Source: a virus (taxonomy: Duplodnaviria > Caudoviricetes). From it: a stretch of DNA of 43,090 nucleotides. The stretch is taken from positions 1 to 43,090 of the IMG/VR virus record IMGVR_UViG_3300030328_003813; one strand, written 5' to 3'. How positions within the stretch are numbered: position 1 is the stretch's first letter; the number at the start of each line of letters is the position of its first letter. This document shows positions 24,501 to 32,304 of the stretch, piece by piece. The position numbers were made by a program, and so were the translations under genes. Below the pieces are notes generated by a model. That model did not search any database. It was not told the DNA's origin and saw nothing but the letters and a program-made list of their open reading frames with translations.

Positions 24501-27500
24501 ATTTCAGCGACTCAGGGTTCTTTTCAATTTTCGGCACAGGTTCCGGTGCAACGTGCTCGTACGGCTCCAGGTGCTCTGCCCTGACTGCCGCGCCGTCGCT
24601 TTCCTCGTAGTCCATTCGCGTTTCGCTGCGATCAGCGACTGTCTCGGGATCGGCTATCTCTGTCTGCACGCCCATTGCCTTCGCAAATTCCTGACCTGGC
24701 TTCGGTGGTTCGTATCCTTCCATGTCGTCTGCTGCGTATCGGATACGCGGGTCGTTGCGATCGAATGCACCCGAGTTGCCTGTAACGCTCTTTATCTGCT
24801 CCGGTCGCAGCGCTATGAATGCCTGGTTATCGTCGCCTTCGCCCTCATAAATATTGTTGTACGCAATGCCGTCATACCCTGCTTCTTCCAGAGCATCCCG
24901 CAACAGTATCCAGTTTTTTCGCTTCTTAAATTTTTCCCACGCGCCGTGGTAATTGTTGAACCAGGCGTGTTCGTTGCTCACTTCTGGCACCAGGTCCATC
25001 ACCTCGTCGTTCCAGTCGCCGCGATCTGGCACCTCCTCATCGCTAATAAATTCCGGCCACGGTATCCCTTTCGCTTCCAAATCTTCTTCCATGTATGAGG
25101 TGATTTCGTCTACGTCCCACCGCCCCAAGTCGTCTGTTGTCAACGGATTTTGAATTGAGAGCCACACTGGCATGATGCGAGCGTTGTCGTGGTATTGATT
25201 CCCTATGGCTCGCTGCGTTTCAGTAAATTGCGCTGCTTGGCTTAGATCACCGAAGTGGGCTCCAATATCGCTTCCTCGCATTGTTTCAAACAGTTGCAAA
25301 TCATCGTCGGCTGTGGTTCCGTGCATGTACGGTTTTGGTGTGCCGTCAGCATTGACCACTTTGCTGTTGCCAAACCAGGTTGCAAATTCTGGCGTATCCG
25401 GTGCCTCGTATTCAGGTCGGTGGTCTGGCTCGGAAATGACTGGAATCGACTGCCAGCCTATTCGTTGCGCAGCTAATGCCGTCGCAACTGATTCCGCGTT
25501 TTTTCTGTTTTTATAAAACAGCAATGGCGGGAACTCGTATCCCTGCCGCATCGACCACTCTTTATCGTCAATTTCGCTTTCCAGTGTTTCCTCGAGTGCT
25601 CTCAGCGTCGCGTGAGGTATTGCGCCCAGGTAATCATCCAGGTCGATGTATCCAAACGATCCCCCGTTCATGTAAGCCTGCGTGTGCTGATCCGGCCATT
25701 CGTCACGCGGCACCATCTGCCATTCGGTTGGTTCATTAACACGCTCGCCGATGGCCGCCTTTCGTAACTGCTCGATAACCTGGCCGGCTGTTGGGTTGTC
25801 CACGTCCCACTCCTGGATCGCGTCGTTCTGGCCGTTGCCGAAACGGATTGACATATAATCCGGCTCGTAATCGCGAATGTAGTTGGCAATTACCCTTTCT
25901 TGCTCCGTCGTGGCTTCTTTTTCCAGGTGCAGCAATCCTGACGGGTCAAATCGTATTGCTCCTGAACGTGCAAGTGTCTGCACCAGCAATCCCCAGCGGC
26001 TGGTCGATCCTTCTCCTGAATCGCCCTGGCCATCCATTGCCCAGTCCCATCGCTGCGCGGCTTCCTCTGTTGGGATAATTGAACGATGGTCGTCGCCTCG
26101 CACTTCGCCACCGCCCTGGCTCATGTCAAGCAATGCGCCGTCTGCCATGATGAACCCTGCCGGTCCCAGGCTGTATCCCTCTGGGTACTGGTTCCGCATG
26201 AACGTGTCCATGTCCGGCTCTTGTGCCGGCTCGTATTTTCCGCCATCGGATGTGGTCTGCCCTGGGTGTAATTCCTCGCCCTGGAGATTTAATCCGAGAC
26301 TCTCTTGCAGTTCTGCAATTTCTCGCATGGCACGCCCCTCATCGCCTGCTGAGTGCAACACGTCCGCATCCATTGCAAACCCAGCCAGGTTAATGTCGTC
26401 CCCCCAGCTCTCATACGCTTTGAAGCCTAGCATCCCTAGCTGCTCTGGCGACAAATCCTCAACCATTTGCCCAAACAAGTCCTTGTTTGTTATGTGCTCA
26501 TCCAGGCTTTCTTTGTGCGGTTCGTCGTCGTCGTCAATGCCTTCGTACTCTGTAACCAGGTCCGCGAACGCAACCTGTGCATCGAGCATCCTGGTGTCCA
26601 TCACGTCGTTCAGCTGATCCGACTCCCAAAAATCAATCAGCGTCGCAATTTCCTGCTTGTGCTCGCTGTCGGGAATTTTCTCGAGCACCTCTCGCACGTC
26701 GTCAATCACAAACGGTGCAGCGTCGTGGTCGTGCTCAATCATTGTTTGCAGGTTAAGGCTGACTTTCTGTGTTTCCCCTGCCAAATGTTCTGCGTAATTT
26801 GGATCAGTTGCAGCCCACTCAAAGTGCTGGAGATTAGTTTTCAGCTCGTTGTCTAAGGTTTCGTCGTCATAATGCCCGTGCTCGCGTAGCAGTTTGCCTG
26901 GGTGCCTATCCTGCTGCCAGGAATCGTCGTCGCCTGGTGTTGTCCTGGTTAGCTTGCCAGTGTCGTAGATCCTGATATTGCCCTGGTCGTCCACTCCAGT
27001 CTGAACATCATCGCCGATTCGCCAACCGGATTCCGTCAGCGCTCGCATCTTGTTGCGGTAGTCAATGATCTGCTCACGCGATAGCTCGGCATCCAGGTCG
27101 AGCTGTTGCATTGTGGTGAATCCTTTTTCACCATGCTGCGTGAACTCTTGCGGTAGCAGCACATCATGTCCGTCCGCGATCGCCTGGTTCGTCAGCTCTG
27201 CCTGCCTGCGAGCATCTGCAATCGCGTGCTCGTGTTCGCGGAAATATGCCAGGTTGTAGGGAACGCTGGTCGATACCTTGGTGACTTTTCCGTCACCCGT
27301 TGCGAATGCCAGTCCGTCGTCACCTTTTCCCAGGAACTGCGCCCTGCCTTCGCGAATAGCGTTAATGCCCTGGTGCGATGGGTGCTGTGGCACATCGACA
27401 CGCTGATTTAAGTCGTCAGAAAAATGCTTTACCGCGTCCGGCTTCATTGTGTAGGTGCCACCGGTCTCGCTGCTGACCGTAACACTGTGTCCGTCACTGT

Positions 27501-27684
27501 CGCCCACGGTAAATGTGTGCTCTCCAGTAATCTTTCGATTCTCGGCGCTTCCTGTGTACGCCGGAACGGTAAAGGTCTCGCCTGGAGCATGGCCTAGGCG
27601 CGGCGAGGACTCGCCAACAGGGGAGGGTGTGACCATCTGCCCTTCGCCTGATCCCGGTGCATCACCGGGATCTTCCGCCGGCAA
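21568..27684 (-). CDS. Large polyvalent effector protein (2038-aa ORF; about 2714 aa if fused to the upstream ORF): kinase-like plus three ADP-ribosyltransferase-fold domains
   Basis: Kinase-like FLGKGDDG...VTKV...IYDTG. ART-PolyVal-like FATWFGNSKVV...HGT...PVWLSIQNP...GYDGI...QIKS.TGN.G.FD. A YHIAP...KQGLKP...VFLT ART-like domain. A second ART-PolyVal-like FHGT...VYP...NP...GFDGVVF...QVKS. Confidence 0.8.
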   Translation of the reverse strand: MPAEDPGDAPGSGEGQMVTPSPVGESSPRLGHAPGETFTVPAYTGSAENRKITGEHTFTVGDSDGHSVTVSSETGGTYTMKPDAVKHFSDDLNQRVDVPQHPSHQGINAIREGRAQFLGKGDDGLAFATGDGKVTKVSTSVPYNLAYFREHEHAIADARRQAELTNQAIADGHDVLLPQEFTQHGEKGFTTMQQLDLDAELSREQIIDYRNKMRALTESGWRIGDDVQTGVDDQGNIRIYDTGKLTRTTPGDDDSWQQDRHPGKLLREHGHYDDETLDNELKTNLQHFEWAATDPNYAEHLAGETQKVSLNLQTMIEHDHDAAPFVIDDVREVLEKIPDSEHKQEIATLIDFWESDQLNDVMDTRMLDAQVAFADLVTEYEGIDDDDEPHKESLDEHITNKDLFGQMVEDLSPEQLGMLGFKAYESWGDDINLAGFAMDADVLHSAGDEGRAMREIAELQESLGLNLQGEELHPGQTTSDGGKYEPAQEPDMDTFMRNQYPEGYSLGPAGFIMADGALLDMSQGGGEVRGDDHRSIIPTEEAAQRWDWAMDGQGDSGEGSTSRWGLLVQTLARSGAIRFDPSGLLHLEKEATTEQERVIANYIRDYEPDYMSIRFGNGQNDAIQEWDVDNPTAGQVIEQLRKAAIGERVNEPTEWQMVPRDEWPDQHTQAYMNGGSFGYIDLDDYLGAIPHATLRALEETLESEIDDKEWSMRQGYEFPPLLFYKNRKNAESVATALAAQRIGWQSIPVISEPDHRPEYEAPDTPEFATWFGNSKVVNADGTPKPYMHGTTADDDLQLFETMRGSDIGAHFGDLSQAAQFTETQRAIGNQYHDNARIMPVWLSIQNPLTTDDLGRWDVDEITSYMEEDLEAKGIPWPEFISDEEVPDRGDWNDEVMDLVPEVSNEHAWFNNYHGAWEKFKKRKNWILLRDALEEAGYDGIAYNNIYEGEGDDNQAFIALRPEQIKSVTGNSGAFDRNDPRIRYAADDMEGYEPPKPGQEFAKAMGVQTEIADPETVADRSETRMDYEESDGAAVRAEHLEPYEHVAPEPVPKIEKNPESLKWLASKFEEYDKSPKDPLGQLLKTDDLTPQQQENWTNNMARLGYNALKNYEGEGASQLFKQAEKHYELAFPEQPKQLTGWEDDDYLYHIAPVSVADAVAKQGLKPNQSSNFDSNLEFNIKGNVFLTEKSGVEEWQRMVGQGAGSRLDQELAKQERRVMEMEASAEEFENDWGDAVWDESEPWVTSSWEQMQADLAEATETRDRMEEMRNNLEHDYEDHTRVFRVPKKHIQGVAATDELGSQDATGKAYKINNWVSSQVRHAKEQIGVVQKQMSDSQKTIRGLDTEKKQLQDNTIAANARLNDSYNVLAEQVRLTRQNISETAPATKELEYTAKVGQNEIGEKESQLYMQNPFTGESVLVFSMPYDPYDHQNDAKSLTMIFKNLIFNVHDLEDPVLIGDQPMDQGKQVATIHWPDSAASQFGSQDEGREYLWIPEGHNALHEWAFRDWNEWRENNVAMDQLNGLVAVLETNLPDAYMPGKGVEGDRDRNFRAELQDMIQVEAAPEMRSLMASLSQVADNYDAAHDAKEAAEQWEGINGEQYNANLTTLARGQLRDLQLKVASNPNYWQWGRDNYAVDDEGLPLIIFHGTTEGGFNDFTRFDVGEHIYGSTSVRTGSTYTGGWTDDITPCFATSVDDIERTLRSSKEFRLAEYGDGFAVHARLDSSDQVLTATTPEELVVKWNRWIGDNTAGLRTSGVYPLVYRLTNPMIVDGRGENWNRIPLMPETSDEIWDSPIMQSLMQKRADRMDDPLRGPEMTKHQRQITGVLQTTAASYLFDILEGQNNYEELFDSYEAVDIARDQFQKNMANAAETVGNMRGMSATFPQTLMRALVKTMEKLPERSPGLQDQYEQAYAEGNMPAAERVQEHMLQEENAREGYAAIFADRDAVLRKLVKIIYEIPWDATTRDLANLAEESGFDGVVFRDLRDHGGKGGEDIDHGDLEPADVFVAFTRRQVKSAHAPEFAEIGEQAGKFVYSAVS

Positions 27685-27701
27685 GTCCTCGCTGTACCTA
27701 T

Positions 27702-29711
27702 CTACTTTTTTTTTTGCATTGAATAGTATTCCACGGCTTCACCCCAGGAACTGAAAAGCGTCTGCTGGTCTGGATCTTCGTCTTTATCAAATAACGATTT
27801 TTCCCTGGCTTTCCCCTGGGGATTTTCCTGCTTGTATTGCTTCGGCACCTTCTTCTTCTTGCCCTCACCAAACAAGCCTAGCTGATCGCCCTCACTAGCG
27901 TCCTCGTTGTCCACGTCGTCTGTGGGCATGACGATGCCTGGTTGATCTTCTTCGACAATTCGGTGCTCTGTCATCTGATCGTTTAACGCGCGAAGCAACC
28001 CAGTTTTTTTGTTGTAGGTGTACTTGGTGCTGCTTCCGACAAATTTCACCTTGCACTTGTCGGGATTCTTGCCAGGCTCCACTGTTTCGATTTCACGCTC
28101 TACTTCTTTGTCGCTCTGAACGTACCCTGGGTTAGCGTAGGTCATCTTGCGCTTGGTTGTAATTTTGTCGCCAGGCTGCAAATTTCCGGTTTTGCTTCCA
28201 GCTGTAAATTTCCCGTCATCATCTCTTGGGTGGTCCGACTCGTTGAACGCTCCAAACTGATCTGGTTCCTGCGTTGTTTCCTGGATCCTGGAAACCTCTT
28301 TTTCCCCGTATGACTGCTCTGCTGGCTTCTCTTTCGGCAATGGTGGGATCGGGCCTTCTACTGGTGGTCCTGGTTCCTGCGGGGCTGGCTGCATCATCCC
28401 GTGCAATTCTTTGATGTGTTTGTTGCCGATGTTGACCAGGTTTGTTGTTCCCGTAGCTCGCTCTGCCCAGTGTCCTTTCTGGTGTAAGTGCTCCATCAGG
28501 TAGTAAGCGTAGCCAGGATCTAGGTGCTCACGATTGACAGTGATGCCAATACTTTCCGGATGGAACTCTTTGTGCGGCTTGCCGACTGTTTTTGAACTGC
28601 CTCGCCTGGCGATCCAGAAATCCGCGTCGGGGTGGTTCGTTTTTGCCGTGAACATTGTCGGCTTTGCTGCTTTCGGTGGCGGGATCGCATTCACCTGCAT
28701 TGGCTCGTACCCTGGCTCGTATTTGTCTACTGCCTGGTTCCTGTCGCGTCTGGTCATGTTCCTGGCTACAGCGTCGCCAACAGGGCCAGCCATTCCACGT
28801 CCGACTGATCGCATGGCCGTTCTGGCTAATCCGATCGGGCTTGTTTGCTTAAACCCGGTAACGAAATCGCCGACAACACTTCCGGCTCGCTCGCTACCTG
28901 TTGCATCCTGGACAGGTTCTTGCGGCTCATCAATCGCTAATCCGTTTTGTTTCAAAATCTGCACCAGGCGTGCTCGAGCTGCTGGACCAGCGTACTCGAT
29001 GGCTCCGTGGAGCTGCTCGGGCGTTGTGATTACGCCCCACATATCGAGACCTAGCATTTTCGCAAATTGTTGCAGTTGCTGCGGGCTGCCCTCGTACACT
29101 CCCGCAGTTGCCAGCTGGTCATCCTGTCCCAGTTGATCACCCTTTGCGTGCAATTCCTGGGCATAGTTGGCCGGGTTTCCAGCCTGCACAGCTGGATCCC
29201 AGGCTTCCTGCTCAACTGGCGGTGGCTGTGTGGCGGGCTTTGTGGTGCGTCGCTCTTGTATTTCTTGTAACTTTTTGGCAGCCGCATCGCTAAATTTTCG
29301 AGTTTCTGCCTCGTGCAGCGCGTCGTCGTCGAGATTGCTTTGATGTTCCGGTAACTGTTCCCACCTGGCTTCCGCTTCGTCGGCTTCCTTCTCCCACTTC
29401 ATTTCGTTGTAGTCTTGCTCCATCTGCTCGGCCCACGACAATTTTGGAGCGGGAGCCACCACATAATTCCCAGCTTTTCTGGGTAAACCCGTCGCCTTGT
29501 TAAAACCCATGTCTGGGGCTGGCTTTGCCGGCGCACTTGCCGGCTCACTTGCCGGCTCACTTTCGGGCGCACTCTGTGGCTCTCGGGCCATTTTCTTGGC
29601 AGCCTGGTCTGGGTCTGGCTTGTTTAACTCTGCTGCTCTGCCTGTTAGCGGGCTGCCGTCCAAGTACGCATACCGTTCAACGGCGTCGCGAAATGATGTT
29701 GCATTGCTCAT
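27702..29711 (-). CDS. Head-associated multi-motif protein in the MuF position (669 aa)
   Basis: Directly after the portal (1-nt overlap). Low-complexity linkers, an HsdS-like segment (about 28405-28655), FNESDHPRDDDGKF motif, an SH3/KOW-like segment and QLGLF motifs. No MuF domain recognised. Confidence 0.7.
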   Translation of the reverse strand: MSNATSFRDAVERYAYLDGSPLTGRAAELNKPDPDQAAKKMAREPQSAPESEPASEPASAPAKPAPDMGFNKATGLPRKAGNYVVAPAPKLSWAEQMEQDYNEMKWEKEADEAEARWEQLPEHQSNLDDDALHEAETRKFSDAAAKKLQEIQERRTTKPATQPPPVEQEAWDPAVQAGNPANYAQELHAKGDQLGQDDQLATAGVYEGSPQQLQQFAKMLGLDMWGVITTPEQLHGAIEYAGPAARARLVQILKQNGLAIDEPQEPVQDATGSERAGSVVGDFVTGFKQTSPIGLARTAMRSVGRGMAGPVGDAVARNMTRRDRNQAVDKYEPGYEPMQVNAIPPPKAAKPTMFTAKTNHPDADFWIARRGSSKTVGKPHKEFHPESIGITVNREHLDPGYAYYLMEHLHQKGHWAERATGTTNLVNIGNKHIKELHGMMQPAPQEPGPPVEGPIPPLPKEKPAEQSYGEKEVSRIQETTQEPDQFGAFNESDHPRDDDGKFTAGSKTGNLQPGDKITTKRKMTYANPGYVQSDKEVEREIETVEPGKNPDKCKVKFVGSSTKYTYNKKTGLLRALNDQMTEHRIVEEDQPGIVMPTDDVDNEDASEGDQLGLFGEGKKKKVPKQYKQENPQGKAREKSLFDKDEDPDQQTLFSSWGEAVEYYSMQKKK
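27705..27715 (-). other. Candidate -1 frameshift site A_AAA_AAG (A10 run) joining the 669-aa and 2038-aa ORFs
   Basis: ATG CAA AAA AAA AAG TAG; the -1 frame continues GTA GAT AGG TAC AGC GAG GAC TTG CCG (VDRYSEDLP), in frame with 21568..27684. Confidence 0.7.
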
Positions 29712-31309
29712 TACAAATAAGTCTCCACCCGATTCTTGAATGCCCGGCTCATCGCTGCGCCGTTCGCACTGTTTTGATCAATAACTTGGCCCAGGTCGAT
29801 CGGTGCCTGAGCCGGCTGCCCTGGTTCTGGCATACCCTCCATTGGCATACCAGGATCGGCACCTGGCATACCCATTGCCGCCTGGCCTGCTTGCATAAAT
29901 GCAGGATTCTGCAGCACCTCGTCGTCTGCATCTGGCATGGATACGCCGATCGTATCTGCTACTTCGTCAGCGCGGATCTTCATTCCCATGTCCCAGGCCA
30001 TTTTCATCGACGCAAGCCGGCGATCGCTGTCGGGCTCCTCGGTGCTGATTCTGAACTGCAGTCGGATCCCGGCACTGTCGGGGAAATTCCATAGCTGCAG
30101 CGGTCGCAGGAAATCCGTGGTTATCGTTTCCTCGAGATTAACACTGTCGTACTGAACAATGTCTGCCAGGGTTGCCAGGTGCGCGTCGGCCACGCCACTG
30201 CCCAGGCCAGTCGCCTCGGCTTCGCTGCTGAGCACTTGGCCCAGGATGAATCGCTTGATCTTGTGACCCCAATACGTCCGTATCATGTCGATCGTCGTAT
30301 TGATTCCTCCCAGTCCTGGCTCAACCAATCGCGGAACAAACAGCTCCTGGTCCTCGCCTGGCTGAATCGGCGCGAGAATGATTGTACGACCGCCGCCCAT
30401 TGCCTCCTCGGCTGCTTTCTCTGTCGCTTCTTTCTGTGCCGGGCTTCCTGCCTGGTACGGCCATATTTCCACGCCGAATGCTGCTCTGTCCAGGTATTCC
30501 ACCACTCGCTGGAGGCACTCGATCATCGCGTACCAGTCCCAATAGATATAATCTCGGATCCCTACGCCGTTAATCCTGCCGGCTAACTTTGGCTCGAAGA
30601 AAGGCGCGTCCTCGATCATGTGCTTATGCACCACTGCCTGGCGTCGTTCCCATTTGTCCAGCCAGTAAACCAGTCCCTCCTCGGTAGGCTGAATTTTCTG
30701 GATCACCTCACCGGTATTTGGATCCATGTAGTTCCTGGGAGCGGAGTAGGCTGTGCTGACGCGTATTCCAACCTGGCCATCGACGTGTTTCAGTGTCCCG
30801 TCGTCGAACCGAAATTTCAATTTGTCGCCGTTCCTGGGCGACCATTTCCTGCAGCAAATCCGGTTGATCCCGCCGATTCTCTTATTTTCAAATTCACCCA
30901 ATGTCATGTACCGGCCATACCACAGCGATTCCAACAGGCACCGCCGCATTTCCGCGAACCTGGGTGTTTCCTGCAAAATGTCAGTCATACATCGCACGAG
31001 CTGCTGCTGCTCGAAACTAGCAGAATCCTCTGGCTCAATGCTCCAGTTTTGCAGGGCTACAGCTCTTTGCCTGGCGTGCAACGATTCCATGATCCCGCAA
31101 TCATTGCGCATTCGATACGCGTTGGCGCGGCTATCGTTTATCGCTTGATCAGCGCTCAGATATGAGTAGCTGACCAGGCCGTATCTGCCGTTTACGCTTG
31201 AAACGTGCGGCAGAATCTCGCGACTGTAGTTGGGTGCTCCGCTTGTGCCAGCTGCGGGATCCTTTGGCCTGCTATACAGAAATTCTGCCGGCAAACTGCT
31301 ATCGTCCAT
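29711..31309 (-). CDS. Portal protein, DUF935 / Mu gp29-like (532 aa)
   Basis: ARQRAVALQNWSIEP, ESLWYG, ILGQVLSSE...GSGVADAHL...TITTDFLRPL...NFP motifs; located after the terminase. Confidence 0.88.
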   Translation of the reverse strand: MDDSSLPAEFLYSRPKDPAAGTSGAPNYSREILPHVSSVNGRYGLVSYSYLSADQAINDSRANAYRMRNDCGIMESLHARQRAVALQNWSIEPEDSASFEQQQLVRCMTDILQETPRFAEMRRCLLESLWYGRYMTLGEFENKRIGGINRICCRKWSPRNGDKLKFRFDDGTLKHVDGQVGIRVSTAYSAPRNYMDPNTGEVIQKIQPTEEGLVYWLDKWERRQAVVHKHMIEDAPFFEPKLAGRINGVGIRDYIYWDWYAMIECLQRVVEYLDRAAFGVEIWPYQAGSPAQKEATEKAAEEAMGGGRTIILAPIQPGEDQELFVPRLVEPGLGGINTTIDMIRTYWGHKIKRFILGQVLSSEAEATGLGSGVADAHLATLADIVQYDSVNLEETITTDFLRPLQLWNFPDSAGIRLQFRISTEEPDSDRRLASMKMAWDMGMKIRADEVADTIGVSMPDADDEVLQNPAFMQAGQAAMGMPGADPGMPMEGMPEPGQPAQAPIDLGQVIDQNSANGAAMSRAFKNRVETYL

Positions 31310-31314
31310 TCTTA

Positions 31315-32304
31315 TCAGCCTCTATTTGGCGTTCCTCTGTCCGGTCCACCCCTGTCCGGCTGCCCATATTCTTGCGGTGCCAGCGTACTGCGCCGGAACC
31401 CTCTTTGTTCGAGCGTCGCGTTCGGCCCAAGTCTAGCATTAACCTGCCTGGGTCTGCCAACCGGTTTGAGATACCTGGTTTTGAATCCCTTGGCTGTCGC
31501 TTTCCTGGGAACATAATTTCCCGTTACTGAGATCAAGCGATACTGAACTTGATGCCCAAATATGCTTCCCCTGACACGCAGGTGATCCCACACTGCGGAT
31601 CCCGGTGATTCTGCAGCCTGGCGGCGAAACGCGTTGTACTTCTGTATTGTGACGCCGAAATACGCATACGTCGGCCCTGGTCCCTGGCGGGGCTGTCCTT
31701 TCCCAACAGCTGGTGCCAGGAAGGTCACATAGAGAATGCCGCTATATTTGCTCTCGGGCTGCCAGTAGTAGCTAAAAACATTGCTTGATGCTACCTGGAC
31801 GCTACCCTGGCGTATCAGTGTGAAATCATCAGGATCGTAGTCGTAGCTGCGTCCGAGCGTCTCTATGTCGTCGTATTCTTCTTCCTGGTCAACTTGCTCT
31901 TGACGAGCTCGTAGGCGGAAATACTCAGCGATCCATTCATCCTGCGTGCTACGCCTCCCCGCTGGAAATGGAGGCGGCACGTTGCCGGCACCTGCTGGAT
32001 CTGGCGGTAGCGGAATCGGCCCTGGCGGCGGCGGTGGTATCGGACCTGAGACTGGTGGTAATGCTCCCTCGGGTGACAGCCGGGAACGTGGCACTCGTTG
32101 CAGCCTGGACGCCAAGCCGGCTTCCTCAGCGCGTCGCTGGAGTCCTCGCCTTAACCCCTGCCCTGGTTCGATTGGTGGCTTCTCGATGTATGCGCTGCCC
32201 TGGGTGCCCCTGGCGGCTGTCCCGAGCCCGCCCGATCGTCGAGCGTTGCTGTACCCTCGGAGAAAATCCCTGGCCATCCTGGCCAATCTATTCAGTGAGC
32301 TCAT
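31315..32304 (-). CDS. KTSC-domain protein with Arg/Pro-rich extensions (329 aa)
   Basis: VASSNVFSYYW...LYVTF...TYAYFGV...YNAF...AESPGSAVWDHLR is the KTSC pattern. Confidence 0.7.
   Translation of the reverse strand: MSSLNRLARMARDFLRGYSNARRSGGLGTAARGTQGSAYIEKPPIEPGQGLRRGLQRRAEEAGLASRLQRVPRSRLSPEGALPPVSGPIPPPPPGPIPLPPDPAGAGNVPPPFPAGRRSTQDEWIAEYFRLRARQEQVDQEEEYDDIETLGRSYDYDPDDFTLIRQGSVQVASSNVFSYYWQPESKYSGILYVTFLAPAVGKGQPRQGPGPTYAYFGVTIQKYNAFRRQAAESPGSAVWDHLRVRGSIFGHQVQYRLISVTGNYVPRKATAKGFKTRYLKPVGRPRQVNARLGPNATLEQRGFRRSTLAPQEYGQPDRGGPDRGTPNRG

Noticed and set aside
25430-25680. Active ParB/Srx nuclease domain in the polyvalent protein
   Set aside because: The flanking pattern fits, but the DGxHR catalytic motif is absent; mentioned only as degenerate.
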